From Patescibacteria group bacterium (GTDB lineage: Bacteria; Patescibacteriota; Patescibacteriia; UBA1558; UBA10009): a DNA stretch of 64,000 bases. Both the position numbers and the translations under genes were made by a program. Below are positions 10,148 through 20,419 of the stretch, one piece after another (position 1 is the stretch's first letter; the number at the start of each line of letters is the position of its first letter). The notes under the pieces were generated by a model. It was not told where the DNA came from. It worked only from the letters and a program-made list of their open reading frames with translations, and did not search any database. The DNA lies in NCBI GenBank assembly GCA_041662565.1, contig JBAZSE010000002.1, positions 155,244-219,243 on the forward strand. Reading direction: 5' to 3'.

Positions 10148-10789
10148 ATGCAATTCAATATAATCACTATTTTCCCGCGTATCTTGGATTCTTACATTAA
10201 TGAATCCATTCTTAAACGCGCCCAAAAGGCCAAACTGATTAAGATTAATTCCCACAATCCTAGAGATTTTACGACCGATAAGCACCACCATGTTGATGAT
10301 TCTCCTTATGGCGGCGGGCCGGGCATGGTAATGATGGTTGAACCGATTGTTAAGGCCTTAAAAAAAATCAAGAAAAAAAAGAAATCATTGGTAATAATGA
10401 TGGATCCGGCCGGCGAGCAATTTAATCAAAAAATGGCTCAAAAATTTTCTAAACTGGATCAAATTATTTTTATCTGCGGCCGGTACGAAGGCATAGATGC
10501 GCGGGTAGATAAATTTATTGATGCCAAAATTTCGGTTGGTCCGTATGTTTTAAGCGGAGGCGAACTGCCGGCTGCTGTTATTGTAGAAGCTGTTTCTCGC
10601 CTACTTCCCGGCGTGCTTGGTAAATTTGAATCTACCCAATACGAAACCTTTGGTGGTGAAAAACAAGATATCGTAGAACATCCTCAATACACTAGGCCTG
10701 AAAAATTTTTAAATATGAAAGTGCCCGATGTATTATTATCCGGCAATCATGCCGAAATTGATAAATGGCGCAGAGCCAAAAAAAAATAA
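10148..10789 (+). CDS. trmD: tRNA (guanine-N1)-methyltransferase
   Basis: VDDSPYGGGPGMV, ICGRYEGID, YVLSGGELPA and PQYTRP. Confidence 0.95.
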   Translation: MQFNIITIFPRILDSYINESILKRAQKAKLIKINSHNPRDFTTDKHHHVDDSPYGGGPGMVMMVEPIVKALKKIKKKKKSLVIMMDPAGEQFNQKMAQKFSKLDQIIFICGRYEGIDARVDKFIDAKISVGPYVLSGGELPAAVIVEAVSRLLPGVLGKFESTQYETFGGEKQDIVEHPQYTRPEKFLNMKVPDVLLSGNHAEIDKWRRAKKK

Positions 10790-10833
10790 ACTATTTAGTT
10801 TAATATTTTTTAACATTCGGGGTTAATACGAAA

Positions 10834-11370
10834 TTATTGAATTACTGCATAATAATTCATTCCATAAGAGCTATCGCAAGTTGGGCAACAAGTGCCATCG
10901 GTGGCCGTGGCACTCTGATTGATAGTTTCCATCTTTGCGTAAATATAAGTTTTAACAGGCGAACCGCAGCTATACTTCATAAACGCATATCCGGTAGCTG
11001 CGTTGCAGGTTCGGCCGCCCGTGGGATCGATAATTTCAGCCTTAGTATAACCGTTATCAATTAAACATTGAGACATTGATTTGGGATAAGCGCCACCAAC
11101 ATAATTAAACCAGCCATTGCCGTTACCGCTTGAACCGCACCCGCTACCCGTAGTCATCCAATTATTATTATCGTTATAATAAAAAAATAGGGCTTTCCTA
11201 ATACTGGCGATATCATGTTGGCGTTTTGTATCTCTGGCTTTGGCCCTTGCTCCAACAATACTAACCACGGCTGCCGTAGATAATAACCCAATAACAGCTA
11301 TTACCACAAGCAATTCTATCATAGTAAACCCTAAAGGACTTTGCTTTTGACTTTTAAAAACTTTACTCAT
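10834..11370 (-). CDS. Type IV pilin-like protein
   Basis: Prepilin cleavage/methylation motif GFTMIELLVVIAVIGLL, ARAKARD and a Cys-rich C-terminus. Confidence 0.9.
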   Translation of the reverse strand: MSKVFKSQKQSPLGFTMIELLVVIAVIGLLSTAAVVSIVGARAKARDTKRQHDIASIRKALFFYYNDNNNWMTTGSGCGSSGNGNGWFNYVGGAYPKSMSQCLIDNGYTKAEIIDPTGGRTCNAATGYAFMKYSCGSPVKTYIYAKMETINQSATATDGTCCPTCDSSYGMNYYAVIQ

Positions 11371-11532
11371 ATTAAAGTTAGCCCGAATTAATAACAGGCA
11401 ATAAATGTCTTACGCAAAAAAAATAAAGCGATTTGCAACATATATTAATTATAGCACAAATCATCAAAAAATATTTTTATAGCCAAAAATAGCGAGTTTT
11501 GCTTATTAATTCTCAGGTAAATTTAATAATAA

Positions 11533-11949
11533 ATGAATATTAAACTTTTTATCGCTACCAAGGCCTTTATTAAATATCGGGGTAAAATCTTGATTATTAA
11601 AGAGTCAAATAAATATACCGAAGGTACTAACGTTGGTAAGTTTGACGTGCCTGGCGGTAGGATAAAGCCCGGTCAAAAATTTGATGAAAGTTTACTGCGA
11701 GAAATTAAAGAAGAAACCGGACTGGAAGTAATTATTGGTCAGCCCTTTTTTGCCAATGAGTGGCGACCAATGGTTAAAGAAGAACAGTGGCAAGTGGTGG
11801 GTATGTTTTTTGAATGCGAAAGCGCGACTGATAAAATCACTTTAAGCAAAGATCATGATGAATATTTATGGATAGACCCGACCAACTATAAAAAATACAA
11901 TTTAATTGCCAATCTTCAACCGGCTTTTGAAGCGTATTTAAAAAAATAA
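11533..11949 (+). CDS. NUDIX hydrolase
   Basis: Nudix box GGRIKPGQKFDESLLREIKEETGL. Confidence 0.9.
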   Translation: MNIKLFIATKAFIKYRGKILIIKESNKYTEGTNVGKFDVPGGRIKPGQKFDESLLREIKEETGLEVIIGQPFFANEWRPMVKEEQWQVVGMFFECESATDKITLSKDHDEYLWIDPTNYKKYNLIANLQPAFEAYLKK

Positions 11950-12067
11950 TCTTTTTAAAACCTTTAATAAATGCCCTAATTAAGGCATTTTTTATTTGAC
12001 AAACATAACCATAATTGATAGTTTTACATTAATTGATCTTTCGAAAATCTTCACAATAGGAACAAAA

Positions 12068-12379
12068 ATGCCAAAATTAGGTTCTAAAGACAAAGTCTTC
12101 GATAGAGTATCGAACTACTCTATTACCGAGAGAGACATGGCTCTCGCCAGAAAAGCCGCCGGAGGTATTGTATCTGGACGTGAAATCAAACGGCTAAATA
12201 ATTGTCCTTTCTACATAGTGGGATCAATTATTTGTATCTTACTCGCAATATCTTCATTTTTTGGTGGCATCGACATGCCTCTGTTGGCCTCTATACCAAC
12301 GCTGGTAATAGGCTTATTGGTGGGGGTGCCTGCAGTGATCGACTACAGGATACTTAAGAATAAACATTCCAAAGTCTAA
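12068..12379 (+). CDS. Hypothetical membrane protein (ORFan cassette)
   Basis: ATG at 12068 after AGGA, TTGACA at 11996, two TM helices, hairpin plus T-tract at 12397-12426. Confidence 0.7.
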   Translation: MPKLGSKDKVFDRVSNYSITERDMALARKAAGGIVSGREIKRLNNCPFYIVGSIICILLAISSFFGGIDMPLLASIPTLVIGLLVGVPAVIDYRILKNKHSKV

Positions 12380-12426
12380 AGAAACAACCATTCACAACCG
12401 TTATCATCTGATGACGGTCTTTTTTT

Positions 12427-12490
12427 ATAAGCGACGTAGAGTGAGGAGGTGTAAAAGCTTGCTTTTACACCTCCGAGCCGAGGAGCTTAT
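12427..12490. repeat. Palindromic element
   Basis: GGAGGTGTAAAAGC / GCTTTTACACCTCC stem inside ATAAGC / GCTTAT arms. Confidence 0.6.
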
Positions 12491-12562
12491 ATCTAATAGA
12501 TATTAACTTGAAATAAACCCCTAGAAAACATATAATTACTTCATTATAACCAAATAATTTCT

Positions 12563-13501
12563 ATGGAACGAAACCTAGCTTTGGAATTTGTGCGCGTAAC
12601 CGAGGCAGCAGCCATTGCGGCCGTTAAATGGATGGGCCGTGGAGAAAGAAAAGCAGCCGATGGGGCGGCAGTTGATGCCATGCGTAAAAGCTTTAGCAAA
12701 ATTGTTTTTCATGGCACCATTGTTATCGGGGAAGGTGAAAAAGATAAAGCCCCGGAACTATATATTGGCGAGGAATTAGGCACCAAAAACGGCGAAAAAA
12801 TAGATATTGCCGTTGACCCCTTGGAATGCACCGATAGCGTAGCTAACGGTGTGCCTAATGCCATTTCGGTTATCGCCACCGGCAATGAGGGCTGTTTGTT
12901 CCACGCTCCGGATATGTACATGAATAAAATCGCTTGCGGGCCAAAAGCCAAAGGCGCCATTAATTTGGATGCTTCCGTTAAAGAAAATTTAACCAAGGTG
13001 GCTAAAAAACTGGATAAAGAAATCGCCGAACTGGTAGTAATGGTTTTAAACAGGCCCCGCCACGATGATTTGATTAAAGAACTCCGCGCTTGCGGCGCCA
13101 GGGTCTGTTTAATTTCCGACGGCGATGTAGCCGGGGCCATTGCTCCCTCTTTAAGGGATTCCGGCATTGATTTATTAATGGGCATCGGTGCCAGCGCCGA
13201 AGCGGTTTTAGCCAGTACAGCCATTAAATGTTTGGGTGGAGAATTTCAGGCCAAATTTTGGCCTAAAGATGAGGCGCAAAAAGAACGTTTGCTTAAATTG
13301 GGCTACGCTGATTTAAACAAAATTTTTACTGCCGATGATCTAGCCAAGGGCGATGATTTAACCTTTACCGCTACCGGAGTAATTGACGGCCCCATGCTTA
13401 AAGGCGTACGGATTACAGCCAATCACATAATTACCCATTCCGTAGTTATGAGAGTAAAAACAGGCACAATAAGATTTTTAGAAACACACCATAGAATATA
13501 A
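12563..13501 (+). CDS. glpX: Fructose-1,6-bisphosphatase class II
   Basis: VRVTEAAA, VIGEGEKDKAP, DIAVDPLE, PDMYM and ISDGDVAG. Confidence 0.93.
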   Translation: MERNLALEFVRVTEAAAIAAVKWMGRGERKAADGAAVDAMRKSFSKIVFHGTIVIGEGEKDKAPELYIGEELGTKNGEKIDIAVDPLECTDSVANGVPNAISVIATGNEGCLFHAPDMYMNKIACGPKAKGAINLDASVKENLTKVAKKLDKEIAELVVMVLNRPRHDDLIKELRACGARVCLISDGDVAGAIAPSLRDSGIDLLMGIGASAEAVLASTAIKCLGGEFQAKFWPKDEAQKERLLKLGYADLNKIFTADDLAKGDDLTFTATGVIDGPMLKGVRITANHIITHSVVMRVKTGTIRFLETHHRI

Positions 13502-13532
13502 TTTTAAATTTTAAGATTAATTAAATAATTTT

Positions 13533-13847
13533 ATGAAAAATTTCAATCCGGAAAACAAGTTACTTACGGAACATGAAACAGTAAGTGATTTTAATGTTAG
13601 TTTATTAAAAGAAATTATACATGATTTCTCCCATCATTCTTTTAACTTTTCAGATGCCGCTGACATATATCATCGCCAAGACACCACACGACATACTGAC
13701 AAAAAAATTGGCGAGGAATCAATTAAAAGATCGCTTGATGCTTTTGTAGAACAAGGAGTTCTTGATTATGATCTTAACACCAAAGAATATAGCGTTAATC
13801 ATACTTCTTCCGACGTAGCAAGAATATCTGAAGAGGAAGATGATTAA
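13533..13847 (+). CDS. Hypothetical protein (possible winged helix)
   Basis: 104-aa ORF between glpX and the aldolase. The IKRSLDAFVEQGVL..Y pattern is wHTH-like. Confidence 0.6.
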   Translation: MKNFNPENKLLTEHETVSDFNVSLLKEIIHDFSHHSFNFSDAADIYHRQDTTRHTDKKIGEESIKRSLDAFVEQGVLDYDLNTKEYSVNHTSSDVARISEEEDD

Positions 13848-13877
13848 TTAATAAAATATCAACTATTAAATAAACTT

Positions 13878-14807
13878 ATGATAAAAAAAATAACAGCTTC
13901 AAACGTCATTGTTCCCTTGGATGTTCCTAAAGCTAAAAAGACGGAATATGTAAAAAATTACCTAAAACTAACCCATAATACCGGCCGAATGATGTTATTT
14001 GCCGGCGACCAAAAAGTAGAACATTTAAATGATGATTTTTTTGATGGTGGCAAGGAAATTTCTTTGGAAGATGCCGATCCGGAACACCTTTGGAAAATCG
14101 CTTCTACTTCCCCTATTAGCTGTTTGGCTGTACAAGCCGGTTATGCAGCAAAGTTTGCTCCCAGCTATCCTAAAGTGCCATTACTTATTAAACTTAATTC
14201 CAAATCGCACTTGGTTAAAACCGAGCAAAAGGAGCCGTTAAGCAAAGCTATGACCAGCGTGGCGCAGGTTATGGAATTAAAAAAGAACGGTGCTAATATC
14301 TTAGCAGTGGGCTATACTATTTACCTTTGCAGCGAATTTGAAGACCAGATGATCAGCGAAGCCTCTAACATAATTGCCAACGCTCACCAAAATGGACTAC
14401 TTTCGGTAATTTGGATTTACCCACGTGGCAAAGCTGTTAAAGATGAAAAAGACGGCCACCTAATAGCCGGTGCCACTGGCGTAGCCTGCACCCTGGGTTC
14501 TGATTTTGTTAAGGTTAACTATCCTCAAAAAGAAGGCGTTAAAAGTGAAGAAATTTTTAAAGAAGCAATTGTGGCCGGCGGCCGAACCGGTGTAATTACT
14601 TCCGGAGGCAGTTCCACTGATCCTAAAAAATTCTTAGAAAGATTGCACCAGCAAATTAACATCAGCGGAGCTGTAGGCAGTGCTACCGGCCGGAACATTC
14701 ATCAAAAACCACTGGCTGAAGCCATTAACTTTTGTAAGGCCATTTCGGCCATTACCTTTAATGATTCCACGGTTGATGAGGCCTACCAAATCTATCAAGG
14801 TAAATAA
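13878..14807 (+). CDS. Class I fructose-bisphosphate aldolase (DhnA/FbaB family)
   Basis: AGDQKVEHLNDDF, WIYPRG, LGSDFVKVNYP (Schiff-base Lys) and GRNIHQ. Confidence 0.9.
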   Translation: MIKKITASNVIVPLDVPKAKKTEYVKNYLKLTHNTGRMMLFAGDQKVEHLNDDFFDGGKEISLEDADPEHLWKIASTSPISCLAVQAGYAAKFAPSYPKVPLLIKLNSKSHLVKTEQKEPLSKAMTSVAQVMELKKNGANILAVGYTIYLCSEFEDQMISEASNIIANAHQNGLLSVIWIYPRGKAVKDEKDGHLIAGATGVACTLGSDFVKVNYPQKEGVKSEEIFKEAIVAGGRTGVITSGGSSTDPKKFLERLHQQINISGAVGSATGRNIHQKPLAEAINFCKAISAITFNDSTVDEAYQIYQGK

Positions 14808-15015
14808 GCATTTAACTTGCCTAGACGCTGTATCAAACCGACTTGACAAACAAAGCCCAATGACCTAAAATAGGGTCACGTTCTTCGATAGTGGCTACAA
14901 ATTATCAACCTAACTGTAAAAAGGCTTCAAAATAACTTAAAATTCAAGCTTTTTTGGAAAACAGAGGACTTTAATGGGCTTCAGGCCAGGTCTGGAAATC
15001 TTGTTAATAACTATA

Positions 15016-15030
15016 TCGAGATGAGCTCGA
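15016..15030. repeat. 15-bp palindrome copy (1 mismatch)
   Basis: TCGAGATGAGCTCGA. Confidence 0.6.
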
Positions 15031-15334
15031 CGAGATAATCCCCCGGCAAACAGCAATTGAAATCCGCTGTTTTTTGTTTCCACCTCCGCTCCCCGCACCC
15101 TGCCTAACGGCAGTGTACTAAGAGCTACGGCGGACAAGCTCTACGCAATAACATGCTACGGGCAGTAAAAAACAAAAAACAAACAGAACTTTGACAGCTG
15201 AATAAGTGATAGGAAACAATTAATTCCCAACAATTCTTTTAAGGTGGACTAATTACAGCCGTCCATCTTCCCCTTCCTACTCAAGAAAGCGCAAGTTTTC
15301 TTATCTGGAAGATCAAAAAAATAACTGCTGTATC

Positions 15335-16821
<1,487 letters not shown>

Positions 16822-17160
16822 TAGGGAGTATAATCTTCTGACTAAAACATTCGTGTTGAAGTCGAAAGTAGGTCGACCTTGATGTATGGGTTTTATAACC
16901 TATATTTACAAGAGTGGGGATTAATTGCTTTCCTATTACTTTTAAGCTGTTAAAGCGGCTGGGGTAGCCAACCCTAGCCGTTTTTGTTAGAATGATATTT
17001 ATTGAAGGAGATAACTAACTTCAATATAGGTTGTAAAGTCGCAAGGCCGAAGGCCGAGCGCTAAAATTCGCCTTTGGCGAATTTTAAAAGGAAGACATTG
17101 ATTGAAGCTGGAGCGACCGAGTTTACTCGGACGCGTAAGCTGAAAGCGATTGTCTGACGT

Positions 17161-17237
17161 GGGCGATTAGCTCAGTTGGTTAGAGCGCGTCACTGATAAT
17201 GACGAGGTCAATGGTTCGAATCCATTATCGCCCACCA
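17161..17237 (+). tRNA. tRNA-Ile(GAT)
   Basis: Cloverleaf with CGTCA-CTGATAA-TGACG anticodon arm, GGTTCGAATCC and encoded CCA. Confidence 0.95.
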
Positions 17238-17238
17238 C

Positions 17239-17313
17239 GCCGAGGTAGCTCAGTGGTAGAGCGCATGCCTGAAGAGCATGGCGTCGGCAGTCCGATTCTG
17301 CCCCTCGGCACCA
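17239..17313 (+). tRNA. tRNA-Phe(GAA)
   Basis: GCCGAGG/CCTCGGC acceptor stem, CATGC-CTGAAGA-GCATG anticodon arm, CCA. The T-loop is the variant TCCGATT. Confidence 0.9.
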
Positions 17314-17432
17314 TTCGACTCCCCTGAACCATATGGTTCAGGGTCGCTCATGGTTTACGTCCTCGCTTACGCTCGGACTTCAACCACGGGAATGGAGTCG
17401 AATGGTGCCTTGAGCAAAGCCGAAAGGCACCA
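17307..17432. repeat. Nested palindromic element at the tRNA-Phe 3' end
   Basis: 16-bp inverted repeat 17307-17322 / 17394-17409. GGCACCA recurs as a direct repeat at 17426-17432. Confidence 0.75.
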
Positions 17433-17444
17433 CTCTTTCAAAGA

Positions 17445-17590
17445 TTGAAAAAACCAAATTATTTTGCTACTATATATTTGCCTTGGGCATTGCGGAGCAA
17501 TGGTGCGAAAGGTCTCATTTAGTTGAGCGCACCCTTGCAGCGAAACAATGTCAATTAAAACCGGCTTAATTGCCGGCTTTTATTTATCAT
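17445..17590 (+). promoter_or_regulatory. Promoter, structured leader and terminator upstream of terC
   Basis: TTGAAA-17bp-TACTAT, multi-stem leader, CCGGC-TTAATT-GCCGG hairpin followed by a T-tract before the ATG. Confidence 0.55.
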
Positions 17591-17602
17591 TAATTTTTTA
17601 CC

Positions 17603-18523
17603 ATGGAAGTCCAACAAAATCTATTTATTCTTTTCATCGTGATTATCGTAGGTTTTTTAGCGCTGGACTTGGGCTACTTTAACCGCAAAAGCCATAAGAT
17701 TGAAATAGCCGAGGCCTTAAAACAATCTTTGTTTTGGATAGCTATTGCCATAGGATTCGCCTTTTTGATCTTTTTGTTCATGAGCCGCGAACTGGCGGCC
17801 GAATTTATGAGCGCTTATGTAACCGAAAAAATGCTTTCGGTTGATAACCTTTTTGTAATTCTACTGATCTTTAGCTATTTTAAATTGGAAGAAAAATATC
17901 ACCACCGTGCCCTGTTTTGGGGCATTTTAGGTGCGGTAATTTTTAGAGGCATTTTTATTACTGCCGGCGCTTACATTATAGGACAATTTCATTGGGTGCT
18001 GTATATTTTTGGCGCCTTGCTTATTTATACCGGCATAAAACTTTTGCAAGATAAAAAAGAAGAACACATTGATTTTGAAAAAAACCGCATCGTGCGTTTT
18101 GCCCGTAAATATCTGCCTTTTACTGCGAGCCATCATGGTGGAAAATTCTTTGTTAAAGAACACGGTAAATTTTACTTTACCACTTTATTCTTAACCGTTT
18201 TGCTGGTAGAAGCGACCGATATTATATTTGCCGTTGATTCCATTCCGGCGGTTTTTGCCATTTCACAAAACCTGTTTATTGTATTTACTTCCAACATTTT
18301 TGCGGTTATGGGCTTACGGGCGCTCTTCTTTTTGATTGAAAACGTTTTACATCGCTTTCACCATCTGCAAAAAGGGCTTTCGTTTATTCTGCTATTTATC
18401 GGTTTAAAAATGTTATCCGGAATTTTTGATATTCACATCTCTTCTTTACTGTCATTTGGGATTATTATGTTTGCCCTGGCTGCCAGCATAGTTCTTTCGG
18501 TTATTTTTCCTAAAAAAATCTAA
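17603..18523 (+). CDS. TerC/Alx family membrane protein
   Basis: EKMLSVDNLFV, RALFWGILGAVIFR, DIIFAVDSIPA and SNIFAVMGLRAL. Confidence 0.95.
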   Translation: MEVQQNLFILFIVIIVGFLALDLGYFNRKSHKIEIAEALKQSLFWIAIAIGFAFLIFLFMSRELAAEFMSAYVTEKMLSVDNLFVILLIFSYFKLEEKYHHRALFWGILGAVIFRGIFITAGAYIIGQFHWVLYIFGALLIYTGIKLLQDKKEEHIDFEKNRIVRFARKYLPFTASHHGGKFFVKEHGKFYFTTLFLTVLLVEATDIIFAVDSIPAVFAISQNLFIVFTSNIFAVMGLRALFFLIENVLHRFHHLQKGLSFILLFIGLKMLSGIFDIHISSLLSFGIIMFALAASIVLSVIFPKKI

Positions 18524-18595
18524 ACCAAGGCCTTTTTTGCATAATTGACTTTTAACAAAATAAATGTTATCGTAACCTACGATTTCTTTTTGCTT

Positions 18596-18672
18596 CGGGG
18601 TATAGCGCAGTTGGCTAGCGCGTCTGGTTTGGGACCAGAAGGTCGTCGGTTCAAATCCGACTACCCCGACCA
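18596..18672 (+). tRNA. tRNA-Pro(TGG)
   Basis: CGGGGTA/TACCCCG acceptor stem, TCTGG-TTTGGGA-CCAGA anticodon arm, CCA. Confidence 0.95.
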
Positions 18673-18716
18673 ATTCAAACATTGAACTGGCTTTTACTGT
18701 ATGGTATAATGGTAAT

Positions 18717-19391
18717 ATGAAAAATCATTATACCATTAAAGAAAATGCCTTAAAGCTTAGAGGCCAAGGCTATTCTTACAACTTAATTTCCCAAAAATTA
18801 GGCGTTGCTAAGGGTACCCTAAGTTATTGGTTTAAAGACGTGCCATACACGGCAAATAAGGCGGTTTTAAAAAGAATTAAACTTGGCCCATTTATTTCAG
18901 GCAGAATAAGACATGAGCGCAAGTTAAGTAGTATTGAAGAAATTACAAAAGCGGCCAAAACTGAATTGGGCGTTATATCAGAAAGAGATTTATGGATGCT
19001 AGGGATCGGTTTATATATAGGCGAGGGGTCTAAAAGCTATGAAGATGTAAGGATAATGAATTCCAACCCCGAGATTATCAAATTAGCGGTACACTGGTTT
19101 AAAAAAATTTGCAAGGTTGGTGATAAAAACTTGATTTTAACCCTTCACCTATACCCTGATAATAATTTGAGGCAATCCATGAAATATTGGAGTAATTTAA
19201 CTGGCATTCCTTTAAATCAATTTAGAAAATCTCAAATTGATACCCGCGTAAATAAGTCTTGGAAAAAGAAAAATAAGCTTCCTTATGGCACTGCCAACGT
19301 ATCAGTAAAAACATATGGTAATCCAGAATTTGGCGTAAAATTGCACAGAAGGATAGTGGGTTGGATTGATGGGATTTTTAAAACAATTTAA
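18717..19391 (+). CDS. HTH plus LAGLIDADG-like hypothetical protein
   Basis: N-terminal HTH (GYSYNLISQKLGVAKGTLSYW), then a GIGLYIGEGSK helix and NSNP motif. Sits between two tRNA genes. Confidence 0.6.
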   Translation: MKNHYTIKENALKLRGQGYSYNLISQKLGVAKGTLSYWFKDVPYTANKAVLKRIKLGPFISGRIRHERKLSSIEEITKAAKTELGVISERDLWMLGIGLYIGEGSKSYEDVRIMNSNPEIIKLAVHWFKKICKVGDKNLILTLHLYPDNNLRQSMKYWSNLTGIPLNQFRKSQIDTRVNKSWKKKNKLPYGTANVSVKTYGNPEFGVKLHRRIVGWIDGIFKTI

Positions 19392-19395
19392 TTAT

Positions 19396-19469
19396 GCGGG
19401 TATAGTATAACGGTATTACTGTGGCTTTCCAAGCCAAGGACGGGAGTTCGACTCTCCCTACCCGCTCCA
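19396..19469 (+). tRNA. tRNA-Gly(TCC)
   Basis: GCGGGTA/TACCCGC acceptor stem, anticodon loop TTTCCAA, GTTCGACTC and CCA. Confidence 0.93.
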
Positions 19470-19521
19470 TTCTTCTTTAATATCAATTACCCAAATGGGT
19501 ATTTTTTGTTATAATAAATAA

Positions 19522-20229
19522 ATGCACTACCAAAAATTTATCCATCATCAAAAATCCTCAATTATTACCAGCATTAAAGAGGTAATTTTTGGCCTGGAAG
19601 ATGGCATGGTTTCGACCCTTGGGGCCATTTCCGGCATTGCGGCGGGCACTCATAACCAAGCCACGGTTATTTTATCCGGTTTGGTGATTATTGCCGTAGA
19701 ATCCATTTCCATGGGCGTGGGTATTTTTTTATCGGATTCTTCGGCTAAAGATATTGATGATCGGAAAATAAAAGAAGAAGAATTTGAAATAGATAATTTT
19801 TTGGAGCAGGAAAAAGAAGAACTTAAAGGATTTTATGAACAAGATGGCTGGCCCGAAGCACTAGCCGGTCAAATGTCTATCGTAGCCAGCCAAAATAAAA
19901 AACTGCTGTTAAAGGAAATGGCCACCAGGGAATTAAAAATTTTCAATGAACCTTCACAATCCCTTAAAAAGGGCCTGATTATGTTTGCCTCTTACGTTGT
20001 CGGCGGCTTAATTCCACTATTGCCCTATTTTTTCCTGCCTTTGCCCCATGCCACCTATTTATCGGTTAGTTTAACCTTATTGGGCTTATTTAGCTTAGGC
20101 CTTGGTGTAGCCAAATTTTCCTTTAACTTTTGGCTTAAAAGCGCCCTTAAAATGCTAATATTAGGGGGTTTGGCTTTAGGCGTTGGCTTATTAATGAGCC
20201 AAATTTCCCTAAAATTTATCCCCTCATAA
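19522..20229 (+). CDS. VIT1/CCC1 family Fe/Mn transporter
   Basis: IFGLEDGMVST, ESISMGVG and GGLIPLLPY. Confidence 0.9.
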   Translation: MHYQKFIHHQKSSIITSIKEVIFGLEDGMVSTLGAISGIAAGTHNQATVILSGLVIIAVESISMGVGIFLSDSSAKDIDDRKIKEEEFEIDNFLEQEKEELKGFYEQDGWPEALAGQMSIVASQNKKLLLKEMATRELKIFNEPSQSLKKGLIMFASYVVGGLIPLLPYFFLPLPHATYLSVSLTLLGLFSLGLGVAKFSFNFWLKSALKMLILGGLALGVGLLMSQISLKFIPS

Positions 20230-20260
20230 ACAACTAATGGTAGAGAAGTAGTAGTAAACA

Positions 20261-20388
20261 TTGCCAATTAATTAAAATAAGTGTATACTAAAAATGAGGT
20301 CGAAGGGTCTTTAGATTGCCACTATGCCAAATATGGCCAATCCAAGATCTGCTTTTCGCTCCGTCCTTAATTAGGCGGGGTTTTTTAT
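20261..20388 (+). promoter_or_regulatory. Promoter, long-hairpin leader and terminator upstream of the ice-binding gene
   Basis: TTGCCA-17bp-TATACT, an extended stem at about 20296-20360, then CTCCGTCC-TTAATT-AGGCGGGG followed by a T-tract. Confidence 0.5.
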
Positions 20389-20419
20389 ATCTTTTAAAAA
20401 TAATTAACGAACAAATCAT

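Noticed and set aside
10028-10291. Minus-strand 87-aa ORF
   Set aside because: It is an antisense reading of trmD plus the palindrome.
17480-17560. yybP-ykoY riboswitch
   Set aside because: The hallmark GGGGAGUAG and CGUC..AC motifs are not visible on either strand, so it is kept only as an unknown leader.
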